From positions 64,001 to 128,000 of the forward strand of contig JBKBYA010000007.1 in NCBI GenBank assembly GCA_046313635.1: DNA of 64,000 bases, written 5' to 3'. This DNA comes from Pyrinomonadaceae bacterium. GTDB taxonomy: Bacteria > Acidobacteriota > Blastocatellia > Pyrinomonadales > Pyrinomonadaceae. The position numbers and the translations under genes were made by a program. Shown one piece after another: positions 47,205-56,401 of this stretch. Position 1 is the first letter of the stretch; each line of letters starts with the position of its first letter. Below the pieces are notes generated by a model. The model saw only the letters and a program-made list of their open reading frames with translations. It had not been told where the DNA came from and made no database searches.

Positions 47205-49211
47205 CTAGAGCGTGTGATAGCGTTGTTCGTACCTGCTCGACAGCCGAAGGCGCAGATCGCCGGTCAGGTCGTCGAGGGCGTCGGCGTATGGGTGATCGAA
47301 AGAGCCTTCCACTTCAGGCGGGCTTTCTGATCTGACGGCGCCTACTGTTAACGGTTTGAGCAGCCCCATCAACCTTTCGTCGGTGTAGACCCGATCTACC
47401 TCCCTCGAAATGAGTTCGGAAACGTCCTCCCGTACGGACTTGATCCCGGCACTTGCCGGCGAAGGCGGGGAAAGGGAGAAGGTGGGGTCGATATCTCCCA
47501 AATGCAGTTCACGCGGCGATCCTTTTTGCCTCGCGGCGAAGGATTCCGGCAGCACGGCCAGCGGTGGATACGCGGCCCTGATCGGCGGCGCGGTGTCGCT
47601 GATGATAAGCACTTCCGAATGGGCTGCTATCTGCCGGATCTCCGACGGCAGCATGAGAGAACGCTTCTGCTCGGCGTATCTCGTGTTGTCCGATCTTTTG
47701 CCCGGGAAATCCTGAAAGGTCTTCGAGAAGATCGTCGTCTCACCAAGCTGCTTCGAGGCGTACTCCGCCGTCACGTCGTCGAGGCCGGGCAGAAATATCT
47801 TGGTCATCACGGTACCCAGGATCGCGTTCGCTCGCTCCCGTCCGTACTGGTCGTACATCTGCGGCAAGTCCTGATATCCGAGGCCGAGGCCGACTCCGCG
47901 CCCGCGCCCGATACCGGAGATGCGTTTCACCTCCGCTACGTTGAGCTGATACGCCTCGTCTATGAGTACGAAACACGGGAACTCGGGCTCGTTGAGACCG
48001 TCGAGTCGCATCTCCATCACCGCCTGCCCGAGGAACGTCGCGATGAACTCCTTATATATATCCGCCGCCCCCTCGGAGACGACCAGGTAAACGGCTGTCC
48101 CGGGGCTACGAAGATCGGAAAAATCCACTTCTCTGCAGCCCGCATTTTTTTCCTCCGCGGTTCGCGGCATTGTCACCTTTCGCGCGGGCGCAAGAGTGAA
48201 CGGCCGGAGCTTGTTGTACAGGCCGATGAGGATTGACCCGCGTGTTTGGATCGGTGCTTGCCGGAAAGCGAGGTACGCCTGCTTCGCATATATGCTCGGT
48301 GAGTTCTCCATCGCCTCCGCGAACGAGTCCTTCTCCTGCTCCCCGAGCGACAACAGAAAATCGGCCGCGAAGGCGGGGATCGCCTTCTCCCGGTACACTT
48401 CGGAGATGTGTAGGAGAATCGCAGTGAGTGCGATCTGTTCCGCATCGCCCCAGAACGGATCCGCGTTTGTCTTGCGGCGGCTTTCGATCCCGATCATCAT
48501 CCCGGCGACCTGGCAAGCGAAGGCGGGATCGTTCCGGCACTTCGGGATGAAGTTCCACCGATCGCTCTTCGACGGGTCGTTTAGGTCGAGGCGGAAAACC
48601 GTATTCGCGGCGCCCGCCGTTTGTGCGAAAAGTTCGCCCTTCGGGTCGTAAACGAGGCACGAAGACCGGCCGAGGATCGCCCGGATCATCGCGATGAAGA
48701 ACGTTTTCGATTTTCCGGAGCCGGTCGGCCCGAACATCACGAAATGCCGGAGCCACTGTGCCGGGGGCAGAAACACATCGCGGCCGCCGAACGCTTTCGC
48801 GACCGGCAAGGCGTTCGCGGGGGTCGGCAACCCTCGGATCCGGTTCATTAAACCGCAACGGATGAGGTCGGCAGCCTTAGCCCACCGAGCCGATCCGTGA
48901 GCCGTGCTCATCCGCCTGATGCGGTAATTCGACAGAAGCGAATAGGCGTCAACGCACCCGCCGCCGACGCAGCAAAGTGCCATCGCCCAGAAAACGAGGT
49001 TGACCAGACCCGGTTCCGAGAAAAGCCATCCGGCGAAGAGGCTTAGGACCGCACCGATCACCCCAAGCATGATGAAGAAGGCTCCCTTGCCGATGTCGCC
49101 CGCCCAGTGCCAGAACGCATTGTACGAAGGCAGGTACTGCTCGTTCGCCTTGCGTGGGATCCCGTATGCCGCATCCAACCTTTCTATCCGCTCGCGGGAA
49201 AACATAATCAT
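47205..49211 (-). CDS. Type IV coupling protein (VirD4/TraG-like)
   Basis: Two TMs, HGSARWA, GPTGSGKS, YDPKGEL, LIDEA, YQDLPQMYDQYG. Confidence 0.92.
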   Translation of the reverse strand: MIMFSRERIERLDAAYGIPRKANEQYLPSYNAFWHWAGDIGKGAFFIMLGVIGAVLSLFAGWLFSEPGLVNLVFWAMALCCVGGGCVDAYSLLSNYRIRRMSTAHGSARWAKAADLIRCGLMNRIRGLPTPANALPVAKAFGGRDVFLPPAQWLRHFVMFGPTGSGKSKTFFIAMIRAILGRSSCLVYDPKGELFAQTAGAANTVFRLDLNDPSKSDRWNFIPKCRNDPAFACQVAGMMIGIESRRKTNADPFWGDAEQIALTAILLHISEVYREKAIPAFAADFLLSLGEQEKDSFAEAMENSPSIYAKQAYLAFRQAPIQTRGSILIGLYNKLRPFTLAPARKVTMPRTAEEKNAGCREVDFSDLRSPGTAVYLVVSEGAADIYKEFIATFLGQAVMEMRLDGLNEPEFPCFVLIDEAYQLNVAEVKRISGIGRGRGVGLGLGYQDLPQMYDQYGRERANAILGTVMTKIFLPGLDDVTAEYASKQLGETTIFSKTFQDFPGKRSDNTRYAEQKRSLMLPSEIRQIAAHSEVLIISDTAPPIRAAYPPLAVLPESFAARQKGSPRELHLGDIDPTFSLSPPSPASAGIKSVREDVSELISREVDRVYTDERLMGLLKPLTVGAVRSESPPEVEGSFDHPYADALDDLTGDLRLRLSSRYEQRYHTL

Positions 49212-49212
49212 T

Positions 49213-50001
49213 CTACGGGCGTTGCCCTGTCGCTCTGAGCACGTCACTTTGCTCGCGAAGTTCGCGCATCGCGGTTTCGTTCAGCGGCAACGCGTCCCCT
49301 CGCCACCGCCTGATCTTCCAGCCCGCGGAGCTCAACTGTTCATTGCTGCTGAACGGAACCGGTGTTTGCGCGGTGCTGGATGCCTCGAAATAAATCACGG
49401 AGTTCGCCTCGCTGACGGGAAGGGGAAATTTAAGCAGTATTGCGGGACCGACGCTCGGCGCTTTTGGCAGTGTCAGAATCTCGAACGAAAGTGGAGCAGC
49501 GCGGTAACTGAATCGCAGTTCACTCAGGCTTGAACGAAACGAACCATCCTCGATTTCGATTCCGGGCGGAAAAAGTTTCCTTGCCATCATCTCGCTAATC
49601 AGTTCGACGTAGGAGACGTTGGCTTTTCCAGTGGCCCCGTGCCTCGCAAACACCGCCAGGGAGACAGCCATCCCTACCGCCCCAGCCTCTCTGAGCCTGA
49701 GAGCCGTCTCGTAGGCGGTACCGGAAAGCGGTTCCCGGTGGGAGATCGGGCTTCCGGTGTCCGCATCCGGATTTTCCGATCCACCGTTTTCAACGAAGCG
49801 GAGCTGAGCGTGCTCCAGTCTGGACGGAGCGGTCAGCCTCACCGCGACGGTGATACCCGCCGTGAGTAGGATAAAAACAAACGCGCCGGACCGCGACGGG
49901 TCGATGAGCGAGCGCAATCGCGCAAATCTGCTCGGAGTAGGCTTCTCGCTCTTGACCGATTCGGATCGGGAATTTGCCTGTCCATTCTTCTCTTTCATCA
50001 T
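49213..50001 (-). CDS. Membrane-anchored hypothetical transfer protein
   Basis: Single TM; ATGA overlap with upstream ATPase gene. Confidence 0.65.
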   Translation of the reverse strand: MMKEKNGQANSRSESVKSEKPTPSRFARLRSLIDPSRSGAFVFILLTAGITVAVRLTAPSRLEHAQLRFVENGGSENPDADTGSPISHREPLSGTAYETALRLREAGAVGMAVSLAVFARHGATGKANVSYVELISEMMARKLFPPGIEIEDGSFRSSLSELRFSYRAAPLSFEILTLPKAPSVGPAILLKFPLPVSEANSVIYFEASSTAQTPVPFSSNEQLSSAGWKIRRWRGDALPLNETAMRELREQSDVLRATGQRP

Positions 50002-51089
50002 CGGCAACCCGCCCCAACCAACTGCGGCCATCGCCGCGCCCACGACTCATCCCATTCCGCAAGCCAGGCATCCACCACCGGATCGAACGCGTTCGTCATC
50101 GCCAGCAAATAGTCCAGCTGCAAACCGAGCAGCTCGCGCGCCTCGCCGGTTTTCACGAAGTAGCAGAAAAATCGGCTGAGCGACCGCTCGTCGAGGCTCT
50201 CGACGGAATTCCTCACAAACGCACCGGCGACATCTATCGATTCCCGGATGCTCGGGTGATCCTCCATCCCCGCGATCCCCCGCACCGCGTCGAGCAGCTT
50301 CACCGACAAAGCGAGCTGAGCGGACGTGGCCGTTGGGGTCCGCGCCCGAAGGATCTCGAGCTCCTTTTCGACGGTCGGGTTCGCGAACCGGCTGTAAATG
50401 TGCCGCGATATGAAAGGGCCGCTCAGTTTGTGGCGCAGATCGTTCGAGGTCGTAATCACGATCGGCCGGGATGCCCAGTCGCTAACCCCGATGCAGCCAC
50501 CCTCATATCGAGGGACGTATATGAGTCCGCGTTCGAGCGGCATCAAAAGCGAATCCTCGATGCTCGCACCGAACTTGTCGCTCTCATCGAGCAGGAGCAC
50601 GGGCGGAGCCGTCCGCGGTTTCGCATCGGCCGCTTTCGCGGCCAGATCGTACGCCAGACCGACCTCGCCGAGGATGAGGAACTGCCTCTGCCATTTCATC
50701 CGGCGCGCGTTTTCCATCGCGTTCGTTTTCTCGCTTGCCGGAAGCCCCTTGGCAAGCAGTACAACCTCACGCATCCATGCCTCCTGCTCTTCGCGGTCCC
50801 AGTCGTAAAGGATCTCCTCCTGCCGGAGCCCGTCGCGCCCCGCGACCACGCAGATCGTGAGGTTGCACGCCGCGGCGAGAGCCTCCGGGAACGCCGTCTT
50901 GCCGCTCCCGCGCGTCCCGGATATCAGCCATGCACGGCCCGACTTCAGGCTCTCGCAAAAATCCCCGAACACTTCCTCCGCCGGAACATAACCGGTGTCG
51001 CAGAGGAGACTGTACAGGTCGCCCTCACCCCCCTCCTTCAAAAGAACGCGCGGGTCGATCTGCGGGCGGTCCGGATCGTGCGGGATCAT
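49998..51089 (-). CDS. MoxR/CoxD-like AAA+ ATPase
   Basis: GTRGSGKT, LYDWD, LLLDESDK, ITTSN...LSGPFISR, PSIRESID. Confidence 0.8.
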   Translation of the reverse strand: MIPHDPDRPQIDPRVLLKEGGEGDLYSLLCDTGYVPAEEVFGDFCESLKSGRAWLISGTRGSGKTAFPEALAAACNLTICVVAGRDGLRQEEILYDWDREEQEAWMREVVLLAKGLPASEKTNAMENARRMKWQRQFLILGEVGLAYDLAAKAADAKPRTAPPVLLLDESDKFGASIEDSLLMPLERGLIYVPRYEGGCIGVSDWASRPIVITTSNDLRHKLSGPFISRHIYSRFANPTVEKELEILRARTPTATSAQLALSVKLLDAVRGIAGMEDHPSIRESIDVAGAFVRNSVESLDERSLSRFFCYFVKTGEARELLGLQLDYLLAMTNAFDPVVDAWLAEWDESWARRWPQLVGAGCR

Positions 51090-52447
51090 TCCTTTGTCGC
51101 CTCCTGAATCGGTTTGCGGCCGGCTAATGTGGAACTCTCCGGCAGGCCGGTGACCAGAACGTAGCCGTTTGACCCGGCGGCGACCTCCAGGAAGGTGTCT
51201 TCGCGTTTGTTCTTCAGGATCGCCCCCGACAGGTCCTCGGTCATCGACTCCGTTCCCCGTCGCAGCGGTTCGGAAAGGATAACGGTGCCGCCGGACCTGA
51301 TCGCGCCGATCGAGCCGAGAACGGACCCCGCCGTCTCCTTCATCCCTCGGAAGAAGCTTGCCCACTGCGATGTGAGATTTCGTCGCTTTCCCTCGATGCC
51401 GGACGCGCCGTCGCGACCGAGAAGCTCCCCGTTGAATCTGACAAGCTCGCCGGATACGGGGTCGATGAATCCGACGATATCCACGAAGGCCCGAACGGAC
51501 TCGCCCGCACGAACATTTCCCACGATCATCGTCCCGGCCGGATAGGCGTACCCCTTCCCTTCGACGGCGCGGGTCAGCTCCATCCGCACGAAGCCGCCCG
51601 AGTTGCGCAGCGTGTAGAGGGAGCCGACGAGGCGGACGGGCAGCAATGTTCCGAACGGTATGTGGTTTTGCAGTACGGCTTTTGGTGACACCGTATCGGT
51701 GGCCGCGGCGCCTTCGATGGGTTTGCGGATCTCCGCTTGGGGATCGGTCTTTCTAAATACACCGAAGAAGAGGGATCGGCCACGAGCGCCATCCGGGTCG
51801 GATTCATTCGACACATTGTCAGGCGTCCGACTGTCCGCAGCACTCGTTTGTTGAAGATGGGATAAACCAGGCTTATCAGTCGAGCTTTGCGGCGGCGTTG
51901 TCACCGGGTATGAGGCTACTTCGGCGGGGCGCACCCCGCTGTCTTGACTGCCCGCTCTCAACCCAGGCAAAACATCGCCGGCATCCGCCTTCGGATCCAA
52001 CGGCCCAGTCTGTGCGTTTTCATCCAGAACGATCGGGGTATCCAGCTGCGTACGGGCCGCGGAGGTCGATGAAGCCGGTGCGATCATGCTGAGCGCCATC
52101 TTTAGCTTTTCGTCCTCGGTCGCAGGCGGAGCGGCTTGAGCATTCTTTTGCCCGCTTCGGTTCACCGCTTCCGGCTTGGGTGAGGAGAACCATCCCATGC
52201 CGAAGAACCAAGCTACGCCGACGACGAGGAGGCAGAGAAAACCCCCGAAACCCGCGACCGTCTTGAGAACTTTCCACCGGCGCTTCGTTTGTGGGGCCGC
52301 AGGTTCATCAATCTGGGCGGTCTCGTCCTCCTCCGCAGTTTCGATTTCGTCGGATGCTTTGTGCAATAGTTTCTCCCTCGCGTCATCGTCCTCGAAACCG
52401 GGAAGCGCCGAGGGTATCTCAACCGGATCGGGTGTTGCTTTATCCAT
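51086..52447 (-). CDS. VirB10/TrbI-like protein
   Basis: TM, Pro-rich linker, IPFGTLLPVRL, PAGTMIVG, DGASGIEG. Confidence 0.75.
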   Translation of the reverse strand: MDKATPDPVEIPSALPGFEDDDAREKLLHKASDEIETAEEDETAQIDEPAAPQTKRRWKVLKTVAGFGGFLCLLVVGVAWFFGMGWFSSPKPEAVNRSGQKNAQAAPPATEDEKLKMALSMIAPASSTSAARTQLDTPIVLDENAQTGPLDPKADAGDVLPGLRAGSQDSGVRPAEVASYPVTTPPQSSTDKPGLSHLQQTSAADSRTPDNVSNESDPDGARGRSLFFGVFRKTDPQAEIRKPIEGAAATDTVSPKAVLQNHIPFGTLLPVRLVGSLYTLRNSGGFVRMELTRAVEGKGYAYPAGTMIVGNVRAGESVRAFVDIVGFIDPVSGELVRFNGELLGRDGASGIEGKRRNLTSQWASFFRGMKETAGSVLGSIGAIRSGGTVILSEPLRRGTESMTEDLSGAILKNKREDTFLEVAAGSNGYVLVTGLPESSTLAGRKPIQEATKE

Positions 52448-52458
52448 CTCTTCGCTCC

Positions 52459-53760
52459 TTAGTTCTTTCGATCCCCGATGTTCCAGGTAATCGGTGCGTC
52501 GGCGGCTTCGCGATGCGCGACGAGGACGCGGATGTTTTGATTGATCCCGAGGATGGGGGCTTTGTAGACGAGTGCGTAGTAAGCGATCGAACCGGCCTGC
52601 ACGAGCCCTTCAAGCGTGGTCGACTCCACGTATTGAGGATCGATCCGGGTGGTCTGAATGCCGTTCCCGCCGCTGTCGCTCGTCTGCACCTGAAGCTCGG
52701 GCGAACCGGGCACGAGTCGCAGATTGGCCGTGGTGACGTTCCGCACGCCGACCACCACGAGTCGCGTTTCCGGATCGAGTTCCGTGACGCGCGATACGGC
52801 GAGCTCAAGACCGTGGTCGGGTTTGGACCACGGCGCGAGATGTTTGAGGGGCTCTTTGATACTTTCCGCGAGTCTCTTGTTCGCAAGGGCCGAGATCTCC
52901 ACTTCCGTCCTTCTCTTGTCCGCCCCCTTGACGCGAACCGGTTTCGAACCCGGGACATCCGCGTACACGGAACTAATCGAAGGGCCGTTTTCAGGTTGCG
53001 TTCCGACCGGGGACGGCTCCAATTGAGGAACGCCGGAGACGAGCTTCGAGACCGCCCGCGAGTTCATCGGAACCGGCGAACCTCCCTCGCCCCCGAGATC
53101 ATAAGCCAGGCCCGCTGTGCGCCGGGCCGAAATCACCGCATCGCGGTCGTATGTGACGACGCAGCGGTGCGCGTTCTTCCTGAGTTCCGCGACGGGGATC
53201 AACTCAAGAATCAGAACCAGCCCCGACCGCATCTGGAGGCTGATCGCGCTCGCGGCCCCGCCATCACGCGACGGCAGGAACGATTCGCCCGGGTAGATCG
53301 TGATCGACCGGTCCGTCTCCTTCGTCGGCGAATGAAAAACGGAAGCGAGCTTCGGGTTCCCTTCGTGGATGTAGTAGATGCCGTCCGAGGCCGGAAACTC
53401 CACGATCGAGACCGCGTTCTGTGCGAGACCGAGCCGTATCACGGTCGGTTGCTTGGGGTTGACCGTCACCCTGGCCTCGCCGGAAAGGTAATCCGGTTCC
53501 GCCAGATTGACGACCGAGACCGGTGGCGCCTGCGTTGGTGCTGGTGACCTTGCGGGCGATGCGGCCCCCGCAGCCGCCGCGGGGATCACCTTTTGACCCC
53601 GTTTCTTGACCAGCTTCGACCCGATAGGTCGCAACTGTGCCTGTGCTTCCATTTCGGAAGATCCGAGTAGGATCGCTGCCGCCAGGAAGACGGCAAGAGC
53701 GAGCTTCGATACTTGAACGTTCATAAGATTGATAGGCATTGTTTCTTCGGATAGGTTCAC
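52459..53760 (-). CDS. VirB9/TraK-like exported core protein
   Basis: Signal peptide, AVSIVEFP; lies between VirB8-like and VirB10-like genes. Confidence 0.55.
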   Translation of the reverse strand: MNLSEETMPINLMNVQVSKLALAVFLAAAILLGSSEMEAQAQLRPIGSKLVKKRGQKVIPAAAAGAASPARSPAPTQAPPVSVVNLAEPDYLSGEARVTVNPKQPTVIRLGLAQNAVSIVEFPASDGIYYIHEGNPKLASVFHSPTKETDRSITIYPGESFLPSRDGGAASAISLQMRSGLVLILELIPVAELRKNAHRCVVTYDRDAVISARRTAGLAYDLGGEGGSPVPMNSRAVSKLVSGVPQLEPSPVGTQPENGPSISSVYADVPGSKPVRVKGADKRRTEVEISALANKRLAESIKEPLKHLAPWSKPDHGLELAVSRVTELDPETRLVVVGVRNVTTANLRLVPGSPELQVQTSDSGGNGIQTTRIDPQYVESTTLEGLVQAGSIAYYALVYKAPILGINQNIRVLVAHREAADAPITWNIGDRKN

Positions 53761-54560
53761 TGTTCGCGAACCGGGTTCGTTTGTGGATCGGCCACCGTAC
53801 CCTGCTCGGCAGCATCGGCGATAAGGGTCACGGGAGAGACGGATTTGCCGTTCACGGGCTCGACCCTGAACCGCAGGATCGTGAACCCCGTGCGCAGGTT
53901 GTTATCGTTTCTCACCGGGGAGAAGGGGCTGTCCTTGAGGAGCAGCTTGGCCTTGAGCTGGACGGATTCCTCGACGTCCTGCCCGGCGGCTTTGCGGCGG
54001 ATCTTCCGGACCCCGATCGCACGGAGAACGTATGGGTCGTTCTCGTCGACGGTCAGGTCCTGAAGCTCCCACGAAGAGTTGACGCTCTCAGCTTTCTCCG
54101 CCGCCAAGACGCCGTTCTGCTTCAGGCGCGTCGCCATCGCGATCGACAGATCTGGGTCCAGCATCCGCAGCAGCTTGTTCACCTGGCTTTCCCGCGTCGA
54201 TTGCTCGACCTGATAAAGGGCGGTGAGAAATTCCTTGACCAGGTATTTCTTATCCGTGGCGGTGGGGGTATCCGGCGAGATAGCGACCGTCTCCGTAGAG
54301 CCGTAGTCGCGGTTGTTCAGTTCCACGACCCGGCCCAACGATCGATCGACGACGATTCTGTCGGCTTTTCTCAGCGAGAGGTACAAATTGATCCCGACGC
54401 TGAGGGCGAGAACGATGAGAAGCACCCAGACCGCCTTGAACAGCGAGGAGATCGTGACGATGTCCTCTGGGTCGCGGGTCAGATAGAGCGGTGCATCCGC
54501 AGGTGATATTGGTTCTTCTGCACACTCGGATGTTCCTGATTTTGAAGTTGTTTCTTTCAT
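53757..54560 (-). CDS. VirB8-like protein
   Basis: Single TM then IVVDR, VKEFL, NTF2-like region ending NLRTGFTIL. Confidence 0.65.
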   Translation of the reverse strand: MKETTSKSGTSECAEEPISPADAPLYLTRDPEDIVTISSLFKAVWVLLIVLALSVGINLYLSLRKADRIVVDRSLGRVVELNNRDYGSTETVAISPDTPTATDKKYLVKEFLTALYQVEQSTRESQVNKLLRMLDPDLSIAMATRLKQNGVLAAEKAESVNSSWELQDLTVDENDPYVLRAIGVRKIRRKAAGQDVEESVQLKAKLLLKDSPFSPVRNDNNLRTGFTILRFRVEPVNGKSVSPVTLIADAAEQGTVADPQTNPVREQ

Positions 54561-54601
54561 CGTTTTCGATGGCGGTCTTTCCCGCCGGATGCGAGCCAGT
54601 T

Positions 54602-54617
54602 CGCAAAATGGGTGCCA
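54602..54617 (-). promoter_or_regulatory. Sigma54 promoter of virB8-virD4 operon
   Basis: TGGCAC-CCATT-TTGCG, 41 nt upstream of ATG 54560. Confidence 0.75.
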
Positions 54618-54720
54618 GAGCGGAATTGGCCGGTTGTTCTTTCCCAAGCCCTGTGTCGGGCGGATTTTGGAGCGATCCCGAACCGGGTGGTGCGGCTCGG
54701 GGCTGCAGAAATGAACCGAT

Positions 54721-55581
54721 CTAGCGCTTCGCCCGCGGAATGCCCGCGAACGTCGTGCGGGCGCTCCGAGCCGGCAATCCGAGAACGTCGGGGGAGATGA
54801 TGACCGGCCCCTCACGCTCCAAGCGCGATGCACCGCGATTCTCGTTAACCTCGTAACGGCTTCCGGTGCGCGGATCGTAGAGCACGACCATCGTGAAATT
54901 CTTCGGCAGGCTTTTCTTCTCAGTAGATTCCGATTCTGAGATAGCGATCGGCGACTCTAAATCGGGCGATGGGCCTTTCCTAACTTTCGGAAACTTGCCG
55001 TTGGCCTCAAGCCAGCGGTAGATCCTCTTCCCGTTCGCTACATAGCCGATCGTCTCCCGGTAAGGGGGTATTCCGTTCGCCGTGCGGCGCCCGGCCGGGT
55101 TGATCCGCCTTCCCCCGGTGGATAGTGTCCTCCCGCGAAGATAAGCGAGCACCGTTCCCTCGCCGGCGTTGTACGCGGCTAGGATGGACTCGACCCGGCC
55201 GGCGAAAAGTTTGCCTAAGTACTTCACGTACCGGGCAGCCGCGTGGATCGACGACGTGGGCTCGTACGGATCGGCGAGGCCGAACCTTGCGGCGGTCGCG
55301 GGTATGAACTGCATCAGCCCCCGTGCGTCTTTCGGGCTCGTCAGCCAAGGGCGGAAACGGGTCTCGTTGTATCCAATTACCCAGAGGATGCGCGGGTCAA
55401 CGCCGTGCTCGCGCGCCGCGTCCGCGATCGTCCGCTCGAAAAGCCGCGACCGCGAAAGCACGTCCATTCGGGAAAGGGCGGTCCGCGTGATCATCCGCCT
55501 CGTCTGTGATGGAACCGGTGCCGGGAAAGCAAAGATAACCGCAAGGAAAAATGCAGCGACGATCAAAGTTCGTTTTCGCAT
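54721..55581 (-). CDS. Lytic transglycosylase (VirB1-like)
   Basis: NETRF, ARGLMQFIPATA, LAAYNAGEG, PPYRETIGYV. Confidence 0.92.
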   Translation of the reverse strand: MRKRTLIVAAFFLAVIFAFPAPVPSQTRRMITRTALSRMDVLSRSRLFERTIADAAREHGVDPRILWVIGYNETRFRPWLTSPKDARGLMQFIPATAARFGLADPYEPTSSIHAAARYVKYLGKLFAGRVESILAAYNAGEGTVLAYLRGRTLSTGGRRINPAGRRTANGIPPYRETIGYVANGKRIYRWLEANGKFPKVRKGPSPDLESPIAISESESTEKKSLPKNFTMVVLYDPRTGSRYEVNENRGASRLEREGPVIISPDVLGLPARSARTTFAGIPRAKR

Positions 55582-55594
55582 GACCGGGCCGCTT

Positions 55595-55610
55595 CGCAAC
55601 CGACGTGCCA
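55595..55610 (-). promoter_or_regulatory. Sigma54 promoter of transglycosylase gene
   Basis: TGGCAC-GTCGG-TTGCG. Confidence 0.7.
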
Positions 55611-55627
55611 ACCACCCCGCACGCGAG

Positions 55628-55643
55628 CGGCACGAGCGTTGCA
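55628..55643 (+). promoter_or_regulatory. Sigma54 promoter of pilin-virB4 operon
   Basis: CGGCAC-GAGCG-TTGCA. Confidence 0.7.
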
Positions 55644-55716
55644 CAGCGTGCAAAATCGTCGACGCTTTTCCGCTGCTCGCGAGGCGTCACGAAAAACTTA
55701 CCCAGCGAGGACAAGA

Positions 55717-56058
55717 ATGAAAAAACTGCGCGAAACAATACGGCACGCCACCAGATCGTTAGCTCCGATCATGGCGGTTCTGATTTTCACGAACATCCTG
55801 CTCGCCCAAGGCCCGATCTTCACCGGCGACGCGAGCAATCTTTCCAACATCATCCGCGAGTCCCTGAAGCTCATGGCGATCATCCTGTTCTGTCTCGGGG
55901 CGGTGGGGATCGCGTGGGCGATCTACAACAAGCTCACCGGCAAGGAATGGGGCAACCAGGCTTTCGGCTCGATCCTGTCGTTCGCGTTCGGGACCATCGT
56001 GGCGGTGTTTTGGCAGCTCGCACAGGGGCGTGCGGTCGGCGTCGATACGAACTTTTAG
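55717..56058 (+). CDS. VirB2-like pilin
   Basis: Signal peptide plus two hydrophobic helices; first gene before virB3/virB4. Confidence 0.75.
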   Translation: MKKLRETIRHATRSLAPIMAVLIFTNILLAQGPIFTGDASNLSNIIRESLKLMAIILFCLGAVGIAWAIYNKLTGKEWGNQAFGSILSFAFGTIVAVFWQLAQGRAVGVDTNF

Positions 56059-56068
56059 GAGGGGGCAA

Positions 56069-56395
56069 ATGAGACGACGAGCTACGCGGCCGAACGTGTT
56101 CCGCGGATTGAAAAGATTCGGGGTTTACTCGACCGACTGGAAGTACATACTCGTGCCGACCGCGGCAGCGTACCTGACCCCATTTCTGTTCGGCCTTTGG
56201 TTCGGCTACGTGCCGCTTGGTTTCCCCCTTGGCTTATTTACGTTCCTTGTACTGCTCGGAACTTTCAATTACCTCCGCCTGAGCAAACCGGAATGCTGGC
56301 TCTCCCAAAGATTCGATGCCATTGCGGACCGATGGGCACCGTTTCGGCCTCCCCTCAATTCCGAACTAGATAAAGCGGATTGGATCAGAAATTAA
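56069..56395 (+). CDS. VirB3-like membrane protein
   Basis: VFRGL motif, two TMs, directly before VirB4. Confidence 0.7.
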   Translation: MRRRATRPNVFRGLKRFGVYSTDWKYILVPTAAAYLTPFLFGLWFGYVPLGFPLGLFTFLVLLGTFNYLRLSKPECWLSQRFDAIADRWAPFRPPLNSELDKADWIRN

Positions 56396-56401
56396 ATCAA
56401 A

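Noticed and set aside
40766..54660. TGTGTCGG near two sigma54 motifs as a shared enhancer
   Set aside because: Only two copies, not palindromic, and absent at the other promoters
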